A DNA stretch of 59,966 nt, the filler included, from Asterionella formosa (Eukaryota): NCBI GenBank assembly GCA_002256025.1. It is 7 parts of 7 records of this genome, joined end to end, with 100 filler letters (N's around TTAATTAATTAA, not from the genome) between each part and the next. Parts side by side here need not be neighbours in the genome. Positions count along the whole stretch, not along the records: positions 1 to 8,504 come from NKIB01012124.1; positions 8,605 to 17,103 come from NKIB01012135.1; 5 more parts are not named here. One strand, written 5' to 3'. Below the pieces are notes generated by a model. That model had not been told where the DNA came from. It ran no database searches and saw nothing but the letters and a program-made list of their open reading frames with translations. Shown here piece after piece: positions 1 to 11,388 of the stretch; the first letter of the stretch is position 1, and each line of letters opens with the position of its first letter. Made by a program: the position numbers and the translations under genes.

Positions 1-2275
1 AACTACCCTATACATATAGGCAAGAAGATACCGGTAGCTGGAGTGGGAATCATTCGCTTACCTACTGCCCACAAATTTAGCATGAATGTCAATTTTAGCC
101 TACTATTGCCCATCATATAAAATATATCTATTTTGGATATTTCCTATCTTCACCTCGAAAATTGCCAAAGGTCCGATATTGCCCATCATTAAAATATATT
201 TTGTATATTTCACATGTTCGCATTTTGGCAAGACAACAGACGCCAATTGCCCCTCGGTTTTCCAGCCCTGGGATTGCCGAAATCGGCAAGGGGTCTACTT
301 AAGGAAACCATTTTATATACTATACAGATTCTCATAATTTATATCTAGAATTCACCTCGTTTTTGTTCGTCTCCTGAAAAGTGGACTCCGGCAATTCACC
401 TTTCACCATGCCAATCGTCGTCCATCATGACCGGTTTGAAGCGAAATCAGTTCCGCGATGACGCCAGTAGCGATTCTTTGCCTAAGCAACGGATGCGGTT
501 GATTGTTGGATTCCTTGTCTTCTCGAGGTATTCATGTTGTCACATCGTCCATATTTCGTCTGACGAACAATGATATCGATACATCTGATGTTGGTGGCAA
601 GTTTTTGCTCTGGTCATGTATGTAATGATGCATAACGGATATTCTACCGGTACCGGCAGTCATCTAGTCTACATACGTACGTGGTGCTAAAAACAACCAT
701 GCATGGTTTAAGCTATGCTTTAACGCTTACTTTGAACACGTTATAATATTATCTCTGTAGACTCGGTATTATTTTTACGAGACCTGAAATGTTGCATTAT
801 ATCGTTCACATATTCATTGATTTCACGTACCGTATGCCCGATTTCGTCCTCACAAATATAGTTCTCACTCTATCTTGCCTGCCTTTGCTTTATTCGGGCT
901 TGCAATAGGCAACATTCGTCTTTCTTTTATCCCATTGTCTGCTGCTTGTTATGCTAGTTGAAGCGGATCGGTGAGTACAACAGTGAAATACTGAATGTGG
1001 ATTGTAGATCGTATTTATCGACTTTCCGATTTGATTGCTTCCGTGGTTTGATTTGATCGCTTCCATCGTTGTTTTGTCGTTACGCACTGTCGTTTTTTTT
1101 CGATTGTACATATCTACATGAGAACCAATGCATTTATCAATGACTACTCATTGAAGATGTGGTATTGTGCCGTTGTTGATCGTATTTGTTGATTTGTAAA
1201 GTCGTTGACAATGATGTCAATATTGCTGCCAAGCAATGCTTTTCTTGTACTAACGCGCTTTGCTACATTTCTACTACGAGTTCGTATCAGAAGCTACATG
1301 AATACTCAGCTAGAGAGAGTCAATAGTTCTGGAGCAGCGTGGCAATCACGCTTGCTCAGAATGGAATGATCAGGGTTGCTTGTTTGGTGGGCGGCGGAGA
1401 GGAATGACTGTGGCGGAAATACTGCTACTGGTGTCAGACTACTACAGCGATGCGCATGGTTGCAGAAACCAGACCATTTACGCTACATAACGATGTAGGT
1501 CAAGATTGGGTTCAGCTTTTCCCTTCTTATTTCGGTCTTCGATTGTGTGGTGATGGAAAGTCAATGTTGCCTGGTGTGTAAGTACTACAATGATTCACAA
1601 TGCATACATCTCCATTGGAACTCTTATTTTTTATTTCATTTCTAACCCAAAACAATTCTTTCTATTTCTCATTTGGTGCTACTTATTACATCACATTTCA
1701 TACTTTGGTTGCTCAAAACATCATGTTCAATTTTCGTTGATGTTGCATGTTACAATCATTCTCGTGTGTTTTATGCTTGTTGTACCATCCTATGCATATT
1801 ACCGTTTTTCTGGCTGTCATGCTAAAATCGGCAATTTTATTGCCGAAAAATTCTATGTGCCCCATATTGCCCTTAAATAAAAATTACTTAAAAAATTTAC
1901 TTAGAGACTAAAAATTACTTAGAAGTACCCGAATGGCAAGACGATAGCTGGAGCGGGAATTGCTATGTATTAGAAACACCAGCATATTTTGAGCACATGA
2001 TTTTGCTCACCGCGCATCAGTTGTCCAGATGCGTACGATAGGTGATGACAGCGAGCGACACCAAACAATGAGGATGCAATTCTATCGCTAGGCACAACCA
2101 TATCATCAAGCAAGCAGCATCGCAGCGAAACAAAAATAGATCAAGCAAGGAACGAGAGTATTGATAGGCAAGACCCTAGCAGTATTAGTTCGCCGAAGTA
2201 GCATTGTGGAGCATTTCCAAATATACCTGTTGCTGTCTGCATTCGCAAGTGCTCTCACTTCATACTGTGTGCACC

Positions 2276-3664
2276 ATGACACTTTTCTCCCGGCAACCAG
2301 TGACTGCAACAGTAGCTTTCATTTGCTTGACTATCTTCGCTTTGAAGTCTCCAACTCTAGCTTCCACAAGTTCAAGAGCGTCGTCTTTAACTCAAGCTTG
2401 TGTCGGTACGTTTTTAGGTACAGTATGCTACTAAGAATCGGTTGCTGGGAGGAGCTGGGCGATGTTGTGTTGCACTTTCCAGTCTCTCACCATCTTCCTT
2501 GTAACAAAAGGAGCAACAGAGACTTGCTCCACTCCGGAAAAAACTAAGGGATGGAGAGAAGAACTGTTTGAGCTTATATTGGCAGATGATCACAACAGCC
2601 TGGATCCCTCACTTTCTGGAAGTGTTTCCGAACTAAAAGCCAGAGGCGCTCATCGTTGCTGGCATAAGCACTCAACCTTTCTCGAGCATCTTGTTGGAGT
2701 GCACAATATTTTGCGTCTTTGGGGTCAAGGGAGGAAGATTGGTCGAGTAGGACTCTTTCACTCCGCCTATTCGAACTCTTATGTCAACCTCGCCCTTTTC
2801 GACCCCAACAAGGATTCTGAGAGAAAGATCATGAGTGAAACGGTCGGAGCGCCGGCAGAAGATATCATTCACATGTTTTGCATCATTGATCGACAGAAAG
2901 TGGTAGTCGACACGCTTTTGAAAGGAGGCTTTATTCCTCCCCAGGGGCTCTCGGTTCCTCACTTGCGCCACCCTGAAGTAGACGTCTTTTTAAGTGCTGA
3001 TACCTTGCGTATGCTGGTTGTTTTCACCATGGCAGACTTGGCAGACCAGTATTTTGGGTGGCAAGATCGCTTGTTTGGTGGTGAAGAGATGGTCAACTCC
3101 ATGTTGCTACCAAACGAAAATCCTTCAAGCCATGATAGTCGCGCCATTTGGCCAGGTCTATCGCAGCCTGGGATTTGGATGAGTTATGTGTCCCAGCTTG
3201 GTGCTGTCGCACGTACCTTTCAATCAATTGGTGATACGGGATATGATCCGGATGATCAGCGGTTGGCTGATCTTCCACCTGTCTTTGATAACTGCTCTAA
3301 AATATTGACGAGAGATGATGAAATGAAAGCTCGAGATTTGTACTGGACAGTTGTGATGGGGGAAATCAAGTTAAGCAATGACATAATTGAAACCCTTGAA
3401 ACTGCTGTCACATTTAACCCGTGGGCTTTCGAACCGTATGTTCTTCTGGCTCAAAAATACCTTCACAAAAACAATTTCAATGCTGCCTTGGGAGCGGCTG
3501 AACGGGCACTAGAACTGCAACTTCAATGGGGCACCGCCTGGGACAAGCGGCTTTCCTTTGCAGCTTGGGTGGCATGGACACGGGTAATGTACCAACGAGC
3601 TTTAGCAAAGTTAGATTGGCCAGAAAACAGTTGGGAGGTGAACAACTTTGGACTTGTTCATTAG
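2276..3664 (+). CDS. DUF6817-like (HD-like) protein with C-terminal TPR-like helices and N-terminal hydrophobic leader; 2 exons (2276-2405, 2511-3664)
   Basis: The ORF at 2462-3664 contains HKHSTFLEHLVGVHNILRLWG...GLFHSAYSNSYVNLALF and NPWAFEPYVLLAQ...WGTAWDKR. A GTACG...AAAG intron at 2406-2510 joins MTLFSRQPVTATVAFICLTIFAL...ACVG in frame to ATETCS. Confidence 0.75.
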
Positions 3665-3800
3665 ACTTTCACACTAGGCGTTCTAAACTATCTGTTGCAC
3701 ATCTCCCATACATCAGGGTGTTTATGCACCACGAGAGAATGACATCTTTTTTGCTGGAATAAAACTTAAAACGTTTAGACTAAAATTAAACCTATAAAAA

Positions 3801-5201
3801 TTATTGGGTGGCCTGCTTCTTCTCTGGTGGTTCATCGTCATCGTTTTCAGGAGGAACTTTCTTCTCTGTTTCCGACCCTTTCTTTGCCCATTCGTCGTCG
3901 CCCTTTTTACCAAATACCCGTTCAAAGACTGTTCCAGCCATGTGTGCTATCTTTCCAGATATACCATTTCCACATGCCCTGGTCTCCTCATCAAACTCTC
4001 GAATCAGCCCTTCTTGTCGACTATTTAGACTCTTTGGTATTTGAATCTTAAGATGCACTATATGGTTGCCCTTGGCCTTGCCATGCAGTTGTGCAATGCC
4101 CTTGCCGCGTAGCATCAATTTCGTGTCGATTTGGCAGCCCTTGGGAATCTTCATCTCAACCTCGCCAGTCAACGTTTTGACATCAACAGTTCCTCCGAGA
4201 ATGGCCTGCGCGACGCTAATTGGAACCTCAGTGAACACATCCAAGCCCTCACGGTGAAAGTACTTGTCTTCCTGGACAATGATTGTCACCATTAAATTAC
4301 CGCGAGAAGCGCCAGGATCACCCTCAGCACCTTGCCCTTGCAATCGTAAGTTCATTCCACTATCAACTCCAGCAGGAATATCAACGGTTACATCACGGTC
4401 CTTAATCTCCACTTTTCCCGTCGTACTATTCATGACTTGATATCGCAAATTTAAATCCTTCTTCGTACCAAAAACGGCTTCTTCAAAGCTTAAAGTCACG
4501 TGCATTTGCAAATCCGATCCCCGTCGAGGACCTCGAGGTTTCCGGCGGCGCCCACCACCGCCAAAAAAGGCCTCAAACAATTCTTCGGCGTCCACGCTCT
4601 GTGAACCGCTGGAAGAAAAGTGGAATGATCCGTCATTGAAATCGAAGCCATGAAAAGGGTTTCCACCGTCCTCACCGAAACCTGAACTTGGATCCACGCC
4701 AGCATGACCAAACTGATCGTACATTTCACGTTGCTTGTCATCACTGAGGACTTCATAGGCCTCAGTCACTTCCTTGAACTTTTCTGTAGATTTCGCGTCA
4801 CCCTGATAGTGAACCTAAAGTGTCAGAGACGCTCCATTTGACATTGAATTGTCGCTGCCAGCAATAAATGATAGCCTTACCTGATTAGTGTCTGGGTGGT
4901 GCTCCTTGGCCAGCTTGAAATAAGCCTTCTTGATGGTCGCCTTGTCTGACCCCTTCGGAACACCAAGGACTTGGTAGAAATCTCTTTTACCAGATGACAA
5001 GCATCTACGCTGCTCCTTGCTAGTGCTTGTTGCTTGAAATTGGAACGGGCTTGCGTAGGAATGAAAGCCTTGTTGCTGCCTGCTTGACGATGGCGTTGGC
5101 ACGAAATTTGTGCTACTGATAAGCGCCAGCAAGGGTTTCCCTTGCTGCTTCCACAGTAGCCGTGAGGCTGCTACAGAGGATTTTCCAGCAATGATAACCA
5201 T
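3801..5201 (-). CDS. DnaJ/Hsp40 chaperone, probably mitochondrial, lacking the CxxCxGxG zinc finger; 2 exons (5201-4881, 4802-3801)
   Basis: J-domain [11 protein letters not shown]...[28 protein letters not shown] is restored across a GTAAG...CAG intron at 4880-4803. It is followed by a G/F-rich linker and the DnaJ C-domain ([18 protein letters not shown]). The N-terminal extension is S/R-rich. Confidence 0.9.
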
Positions 5202-6149
5202 TGTTTGATCTAATGAAGGACCTTCAGGAATTGATGTGCGGGCGAAAGTGCCGTGTGAGTGAGCGACGTGTACCAGGTAAGTACAGATATTCGAAGAGAG
5301 GCCGTGATGAATCAGATTTGTGTGCACAAACCAAAGATGATAGGAAATGAGTGGTTTTCTGCCAAGAAGCAAAATGAGAGCGCCTTTTTTCTTATGTACG
5401 TATACATAGCTACGTATGATAATATAAAGTATGCTAGGAAGGTACGGCAAAACACGTTTCTTACTTAGAAACAAGATTAAGCTATATATCCGGTATTCGA
5501 GATATTTACATAGTAAAGAAGTGTTTTACCGGATGGCCGCAACCACGCGTACTGGTATATTTCCAACCAGTAATTTGCGAATCACTGTCTCCATTGGAGT
5601 GCAAAGTTTTATGATTGTTTTGGTTCTCATATGTTTATAAAAGAAACCTTGTTGCTTGCTAATGATTCTTTTGCTTCAAATTTGTGCATAGAAAGTGCTT
5701 CTGTACAAAATTTATGATGTCGTCTCAGTGTGAATGCATGTAAAGGTTAGCGCTTATGAATTTTGTGGTCATTTCGTTGCACATATGTGTGGAGATGGTT
5801 TACTCATTGCAACACTTTCGCTCACATTGTTCTTATCCTACAGGAAAATTATACAAGAAGGTTCTTAGAGAATATGAGTTCGCTGGTGTCATTCTTAATG
5901 GTGGAATTTTGAATGTAACATCAACAATTTCCATCAATCTTTCATTTCATCTCGAATAAACAAATGTCAATACCGGAACTGGAGTGCAGGTATTAAAGAC
6001 AATAATGTGCTCATTCTGTTAAAGGATGAAAAGTGGAAAGGATGTGTGACCAGAAGCATAAAATATATATAAAATATTATTAAATAGCGATCCATTTAAC
6101 TCGATTTTTGTTTATCATTGATCAAACATGATAATATCTTTGACCAACA

Positions 6150-6717
6150 TAGTACAGTAGTGAAAAAAGTAAGTACTGTTGGAGGAGGAACCACCCAAGC
6201 AAAGTGATTTCCACTGTGATCACATATCCTGTGGATTCATCACGCACATTAAATGGTCACAATTCAGGTCTAATGCAATTTCCGAAACTAATCCCTCTTC
6301 CTTGTTTAGCTTTTTCGTGAAGGCAAAGCAATCTTCAATGACTACACTGTATGCCTGCTTAATTTCTTGTGCAAATAGAATCTTGATTGGAAAGCAAAGA
6401 TCTCGTGATTGGCATGTATTTTGAGGGAAGAGCGGCTCGTTTGTTTGCGGATCACGTGCTCATGCATCGAAAAGTTTGACCCCTGCTAGCAAGTGACTTG
6501 GGTACTTTGTCATTACAGCACCAAATAATGTGAAAGATATTAAGAATGTTTGACTTGTTGTACCTTGCAGGCACTCTTCCAATGAACCAAACTTCACAAG
6601 GAGGTACCGAAAAGACCTCTCAAAGGAATTGGGAAGTTGGGCCATGGAAGAAATGCCTACAGTGCACACATGTGTCCGAAAACGCACAATGAGTTTGTCA
6701 AGTGAATAAGTGATCAC
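6150..6717 (-). pseudogene. Degenerate DDE transposase fragment resembling the Transib/RAG1-like core
   Basis: One frame with two TGA stops reads ISFTLFGA...SHLLAGVKLFDA*ARDP...QSRDLCFPIKILFAQE...PQDM*SQWKSLCLGGSSSNSTYFFHYC. The motif order resembles the RAG1/Transib catalytic core. Confidence 0.4.
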
Positions 6718-8504
6718 TTTTTTGACTAAATATCTAGCAAATCAATACCTATTTATATCAACCTCCAATGTAGTAGGTTTGTAATGTCTTTTTCTGTTTA
6801 GATTTCACAATAACAGATCAATCGTCAATGAACAATATGAAGGCAAAAATACAGGAAGTATACAGAAACACAAGCAAAAAATATATTTACATACATGTAT
6901 GCATAGCGGTAATAAGAAGCACACCAGCGAGTATGACTTAAATTGTTTCTATATTACTTTTCATGGAATTGAGCTAATAAAACTGTTACGATTAGGGTTG
7001 ACCAAACAGGCTGATGCGGTTTTAATGGTGCCTCAACTTTGTTCATTCTCCAAAATTTGAGCAAACCAATAAATTATAATTTGAGTGCTATCCTTGGAAA
7101 ATTTTCCTTGTTTGCTTTCGTCTGCTTCCCAAACCTACTTCAGTCAATTTTACGAGCTACAAATATATATAATTCTTACTACGACCTGAATATTTATATA
7201 CTATTTAGTTGTACAAGTGCCCAGTAGATACCAGTATGTTCCTAGTACGCGTTCGTATTTCATACATATAGTATGCGAGACATATGAATGTAATTATGTG
7301 TATGCATCTGTTTTTTGCCAGCTGACTATTACACAATCATAGTCAACGCATAAATTTGCTACTTACCGGTACTTATTATCTGAAGATGGCTCATAGCACA
7401 GCCCAATGTTTGGACCTGATTTTAGCTACCGGTATGGCTGTGTATGTAGAGCATCTGAACCCAACTGCATGTAAGTACATCCTATCGACAAAAAGCCAAA
7501 CCAATTTAAGCTTCCGGTCATAATGAATTACTGTGCATTTCTCTTGTTTTAAAATATGGCTCACGCTGGCAGCATAACGCCAACCAGTGCACCGGTGATA
7601 GTAGGTGTACACAAGTGTGCCATCTGTTTGTGTACTTTCAGACTCATGTATAATCGAATACCGGTCCCTGATGATTGCGACAATGATATCATAACGGTAC
7701 TGTACCAGGTACTGGTTCCTAAATATCTACACAAGAATAACAATGGTATGTACTATTTTATATGATTTGCATGATTGGGAGAGTATTTAGCTAAGGGATT
7801 AGCATAGCACAAATATCAAGTCTGAAGATCGAAATAAGATGCATCTGCCACCCCGGCATCTGAATCCTATCTGCACACAACAAGTTCTCCATGTGTATAC
7901 CAGATTTGTATAGATAGACTACTAAGTAAATTTGATTTTGGACTCCTGTAGTAGGGGGGCGATGATTCACTCAACATCTCCACTAAAATTCTCAATGAAC
8001 CATTCCTATTTCACACGTAAATCTAGCCTAAAATAAACGAGTTAATCGTTCAATATACAAATTGCATCAATATTGAAAATAAAAACTGAAATCACCGCTA
8101 GAAGTTTTTTGTCGTCGTTTGAACAATTTAAAGATATTACCAAAGTAGAGACATCTTTGAATCCGCAGTTTCTCGCTTGATAACTGATTATAGATGATTA
8201 TTTACTTTACGAATTAACGAAAAAACTTAAGAAAATGAAATCTCGGAAAGGGCGCAACAACTCAAAATGCAAGAAAATACCTACATGTTTGTTTTGTGCT
8301 GAGTTTCATGTACACACTAATTGTTGTGGTTCATATTCCTATGGAATCTTGATTAGGTCATTTTGCTGTTTAACAAAGACATTAAACAAGACACTGCTTG
8401 TTCTTTAGGTGACTAGAAATACTGCATCGCGAGAACTATCACTAATTCCCCTCACTAACCCATTGTGTATTTTCGGAGGACACATTCTTTGTGAAATGAA
8501 GTTA

Positions 8505-8604
8505 NNNNNNNNNNNNNNNNNNNNNNNNNNNNNNNNNNNNNNNNNNNNTTAATTAATTAANNNNNNNNNNNNNNNNNNNNNNNNNNNNNNNNNNNNNNNN
8601 NNNN
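8505..8604. other. Artificial contig spacer (N-run + TTAATTAATTAA + N-run); also at 17104-17203, 25701-25800, 34281-34380, 42856-42955, 51413-51512
   Basis: Identical 100-bp linkers with stops in all six frames. Segment lengths fall monotonically: 8504, 8499, 8497, 8480, 8475, 8457, 8454. Confidence 0.97.
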
Positions 8605-9154
8605 CGTTAAGTATTCCTTGAAAGTTCTTGTAGCACGCGTATGCGAGAAACTTCGCTTTCCACATGTGCCATTTAGCATCTTGCCCATCGAATGTCGGCA
8701 ACCTCACTGACGTGTCTTCGTCACTTCCCATCGTTCCTGAGTAGCCTGTGGCCTTAAAGTGAACGCTTTAAAGCGTGTTGAAAGGTCTCGTACTCCTTCC
8801 CGTCTGACGGGTTCCTCTTTCGTAGAACTTACCTGCTATACCACTAGTATTGTTATCTTCTTTCTGCTGCTAGCCTTCGTGCTAGTTTTCGCTATTGACC
8901 TTACTCTGTCAATTCTCACTGTTTCTTAATTATAAGATTAAACTAAAACTAAGTTTCAATCCCATTCATCACACTTCGAGAACCTGTTCTTCGTGTTCCC
9001 TTTTCGTTGATGTAAACCTTCTTCTGATTGATCTAAGACATCAATCTCGTTAGCAAGCTTCTTGACATGGGAACGCACCATTTGACTCATTGGACTATAA
9101 TCGAGTCCACAGTCCTTGTGACTCATTATAGCCATTGATGCTATATTCTTGACA
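8605..9154 (-). mobile_element. Ty1/Copia retrotransposon 5' end: LTR (8776-9154, 379 bp) plus start of gag (8731 to the gap)
   Basis: The LTR reads TGTCAAG...TTCAACA on the minus strand and differs at 4 positions from 33704-34082. It is followed by MGSDEDTSVRLPTFDGQDAKWHMWKAKFLAY, a typical Copia gag N-terminus. Confidence 0.92.
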
Positions 9155-9373
9155 CCGTTCTATATATTTATTTTTCATTGACGGATCTACTGGAGTAAAT
9201 TAGATACCGGTAATTAATTAAATGTAGATATCAGTACGTAGGTACTGGTAATAGACGACATGATGAGCAAAAATCGAGAGCTTTCATCTTCGTCAAGTGT
9301 AAAGCGCTTCTTTTCGATCAGTGCCATATCAACACAATGTCGCACTCGTTTCCAACTAATATATATATCCATC

Positions 9374-10543
9374 ATGCTCAGCAAGACAGTCCCATCACTC
9401 CAACTACAGGTTGTTTCTCATTGGCCCATTGTTCCTCGACGAATACTACAACAACCGCACAACAGAAGATGCCTCTCAACAAGCGCACGAAAAAGACCTA
9501 TAGGCCGTCCGTCGCTACCCGTCACGAAGAAGGAGAGATTGCGGTCACTTGAAGCACCAGCCAATACAACCGTCGAAGAGTTTATCGATCGAGCTACAAT
9601 TAATTTGACGTTTTTGCAAACGAGGCTCTTGAGCTTTTGGAGGAAAGACGGCGATCCACGCCCCGCACGGAAGGGAACAAAAATGGACCACCGATGGTGG
9701 TTTTGGTCGTTGAACATGGCACTTCTGCCTGCGTATTGTATTGCTTTGTACTGTGAGTTTATTGGTGAGCCCGCTATGAAGATATACCATGCCAAAAAGA
9801 TGGACGAGCAGCGACGAAAGGCATTGGGGCTAGATTTTGATGAAGCGGAAGAGTTGGAATTGCTGAAGAAAATAAGTCCGACGGGTGGTATGAACACCAC
9901 TACAGACAAGGAAGGCGATCCGGTTAAGTCCTCTCCAAAAGGGGAAGCGCAGTCGAGTACTCCGATCACGACCGAAGCGTTGGTAGAGCGAGTGAATACG
10001 CTTGAAACCCAGCTGTTATTACTACGAGCTGCAGAACGACGACGAATGCAACGAGCCTACCAAAGTGATGTGCAAAATCGACTTCAAGACCAGACGTTGT
10101 TGGATGTACTACATGAGCGCGATGAGACCAGCATTCCGGAAGAGCTTGGTCCCCTTGACAGGGCCATGATCCGTCTAGCAGAGAGTTCACACAACTTCAT
10201 TAACTTTGTAAAGGAAGGGGGTAGCTATATGGTCAAAGTTATTTGGGAAGGACACAGTCCTCGTGAGGCAAGGCAAGCGAACCAAGGAATGTCAGGAGTA
10301 CTTCCTCCACTGCCAGAAGAAAAGACGATTGATGCAGTCGACGATGCTTCTCAGTTTGTATATCAGGCCACTATACCATCCGCTGACTTGCAAGCTGTTG
10401 CTGCTACAGAATCATCAGAACTAGCGACGAAAGTAGTGAAGGCGGCGGAGCAAGCAGCAGGAGTGCAGGAGCACCAACCAGATGTTTGGTCAAAAACGTG
10501 GGCTGTCATCACTGGTGCTAGCCCAGGTCCGAACGATGGATAG
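9374..10543 (+). CDS. Hypothetical protein with one predicted TM segment and a coiled coil, possibly organellar
   Basis: Long intact ORF (427 aa from 9260; start at 9374 chosen by inference). It has a basic transit-like N-terminus, the hydrophobic segment WWFWSLNMALLPAYCIALYC and the coiled coil LVERVNTLETQL. Confidence 0.65.
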   Translation: MLSKTVPSLQLQVVSHWPIVPRRILQQPHNRRCLSTSARKRPIGRPSLPVTKKERLRSLEAPANTTVEEFIDRATINLTFLQTRLLSFWRKDGDPRPARKGTKMDHRWWFWSLNMALLPAYCIALYCEFIGEPAMKIYHAKKMDEQRRKALGLDFDEAEELELLKKISPTGGMNTTTDKEGDPVKSSPKGEAQSSTPITTEALVERVNTLETQLLLLRAAERRRMQRAYQSDVQNRLQDQTLLDVLHERDETSIPEELGPLDRAMIRLAESSHNFINFVKEGGSYMVKVIWEGHSPREARQANQGMSGVLPPLPEEKTIDAVDDASQFVYQATIPSADLQAVAATESSELATKVVKAAEQAAGVQEHQPDVWSKTWAVITGASPGPNDG

Positions 10544-11310
10544 TTGACTGAATAGTGCAAGGTGGTCTGAATTGCTGCTTCATCTGTTTATCCAAATCGA
10601 TTGGCAAGGGGTAGCATGTAGTAGTCATTAGGTACCAGTAGTTGGGAGTATTGAATCATGTGTCATGATGAATGGCATTGTTGCAAAAGTAGCTGGTTGT
10701 AATCTATCAAATAGTTCGCATGTGGAATTAGACTACTGGGTACTGCCAGTTAGAATGCATACTGTTCACACTATGCATTCCAACCACATATCCTTTTCAT
10801 GAATCACTTGAATCCATCATCATTAAGGTGAATCCCATTCGTGCTAATTAGTGTACAGTATGTAATGGTATATTAGTACTTATTGTAGACAAGAAAACGA
10901 AATGGGCCCAGCCAGCTATGCCATAACTTAGCATTGACACAAATACACTGTTTTTGGGTGATGGTGGGTCATGCCATCTTGTGTGTTGAACCATGAAATC
11001 TTGTGTAGTGCCTTGTCGGCACAATGACATCAAATGTCAGTGCAACAAGCAATTGAATAGTACCATTTATTTACCTTTTTCTTGGGAGCAAATGATATTT
11101 CTAGTGAAAGTGGTACCGGTAGTCTCAAATACACATGAATGTTCTAACGGTATTTGATTCCTGTGTGGACACACTGAAGAAAAAGAATTTTTTCGCCATG
11201 TTTTGTACTCCCTATTGTCCTACTTTTCCTTGCAGCAAACCAGACAAGACTGCATGGGACAGTGAGGAGGAGGAGTCTTGGAGTTGAGAACCCAACAATT
11301 GCCTCTCAAA

Positions 11311-11388
11311 AAATTGCGGGAGTTAATCCAGCACACAACTTCAAATCAAAGGCAATCATGTGCTGCCCAACCAACTGAGCCTTTCCCC
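11311..11388 (-). repeat. Degenerate tRNA-derived copy (SINE-head-like)
   Basis: The minus strand reads GGGGAAAGGCTCAGTTGGTT (A-box-like)...GGATTAACTCCCGCAATTT. It shares the CCCGCAATTT end with 23170-23234. Confidence 0.4.

Noticed and set aside
8549..8560. TTAATTAATTAA as a biological motif or real stop codon (the 'LIN*' ORF endings)
   Set aside because: It is an assembly linker embedded in N-runs.
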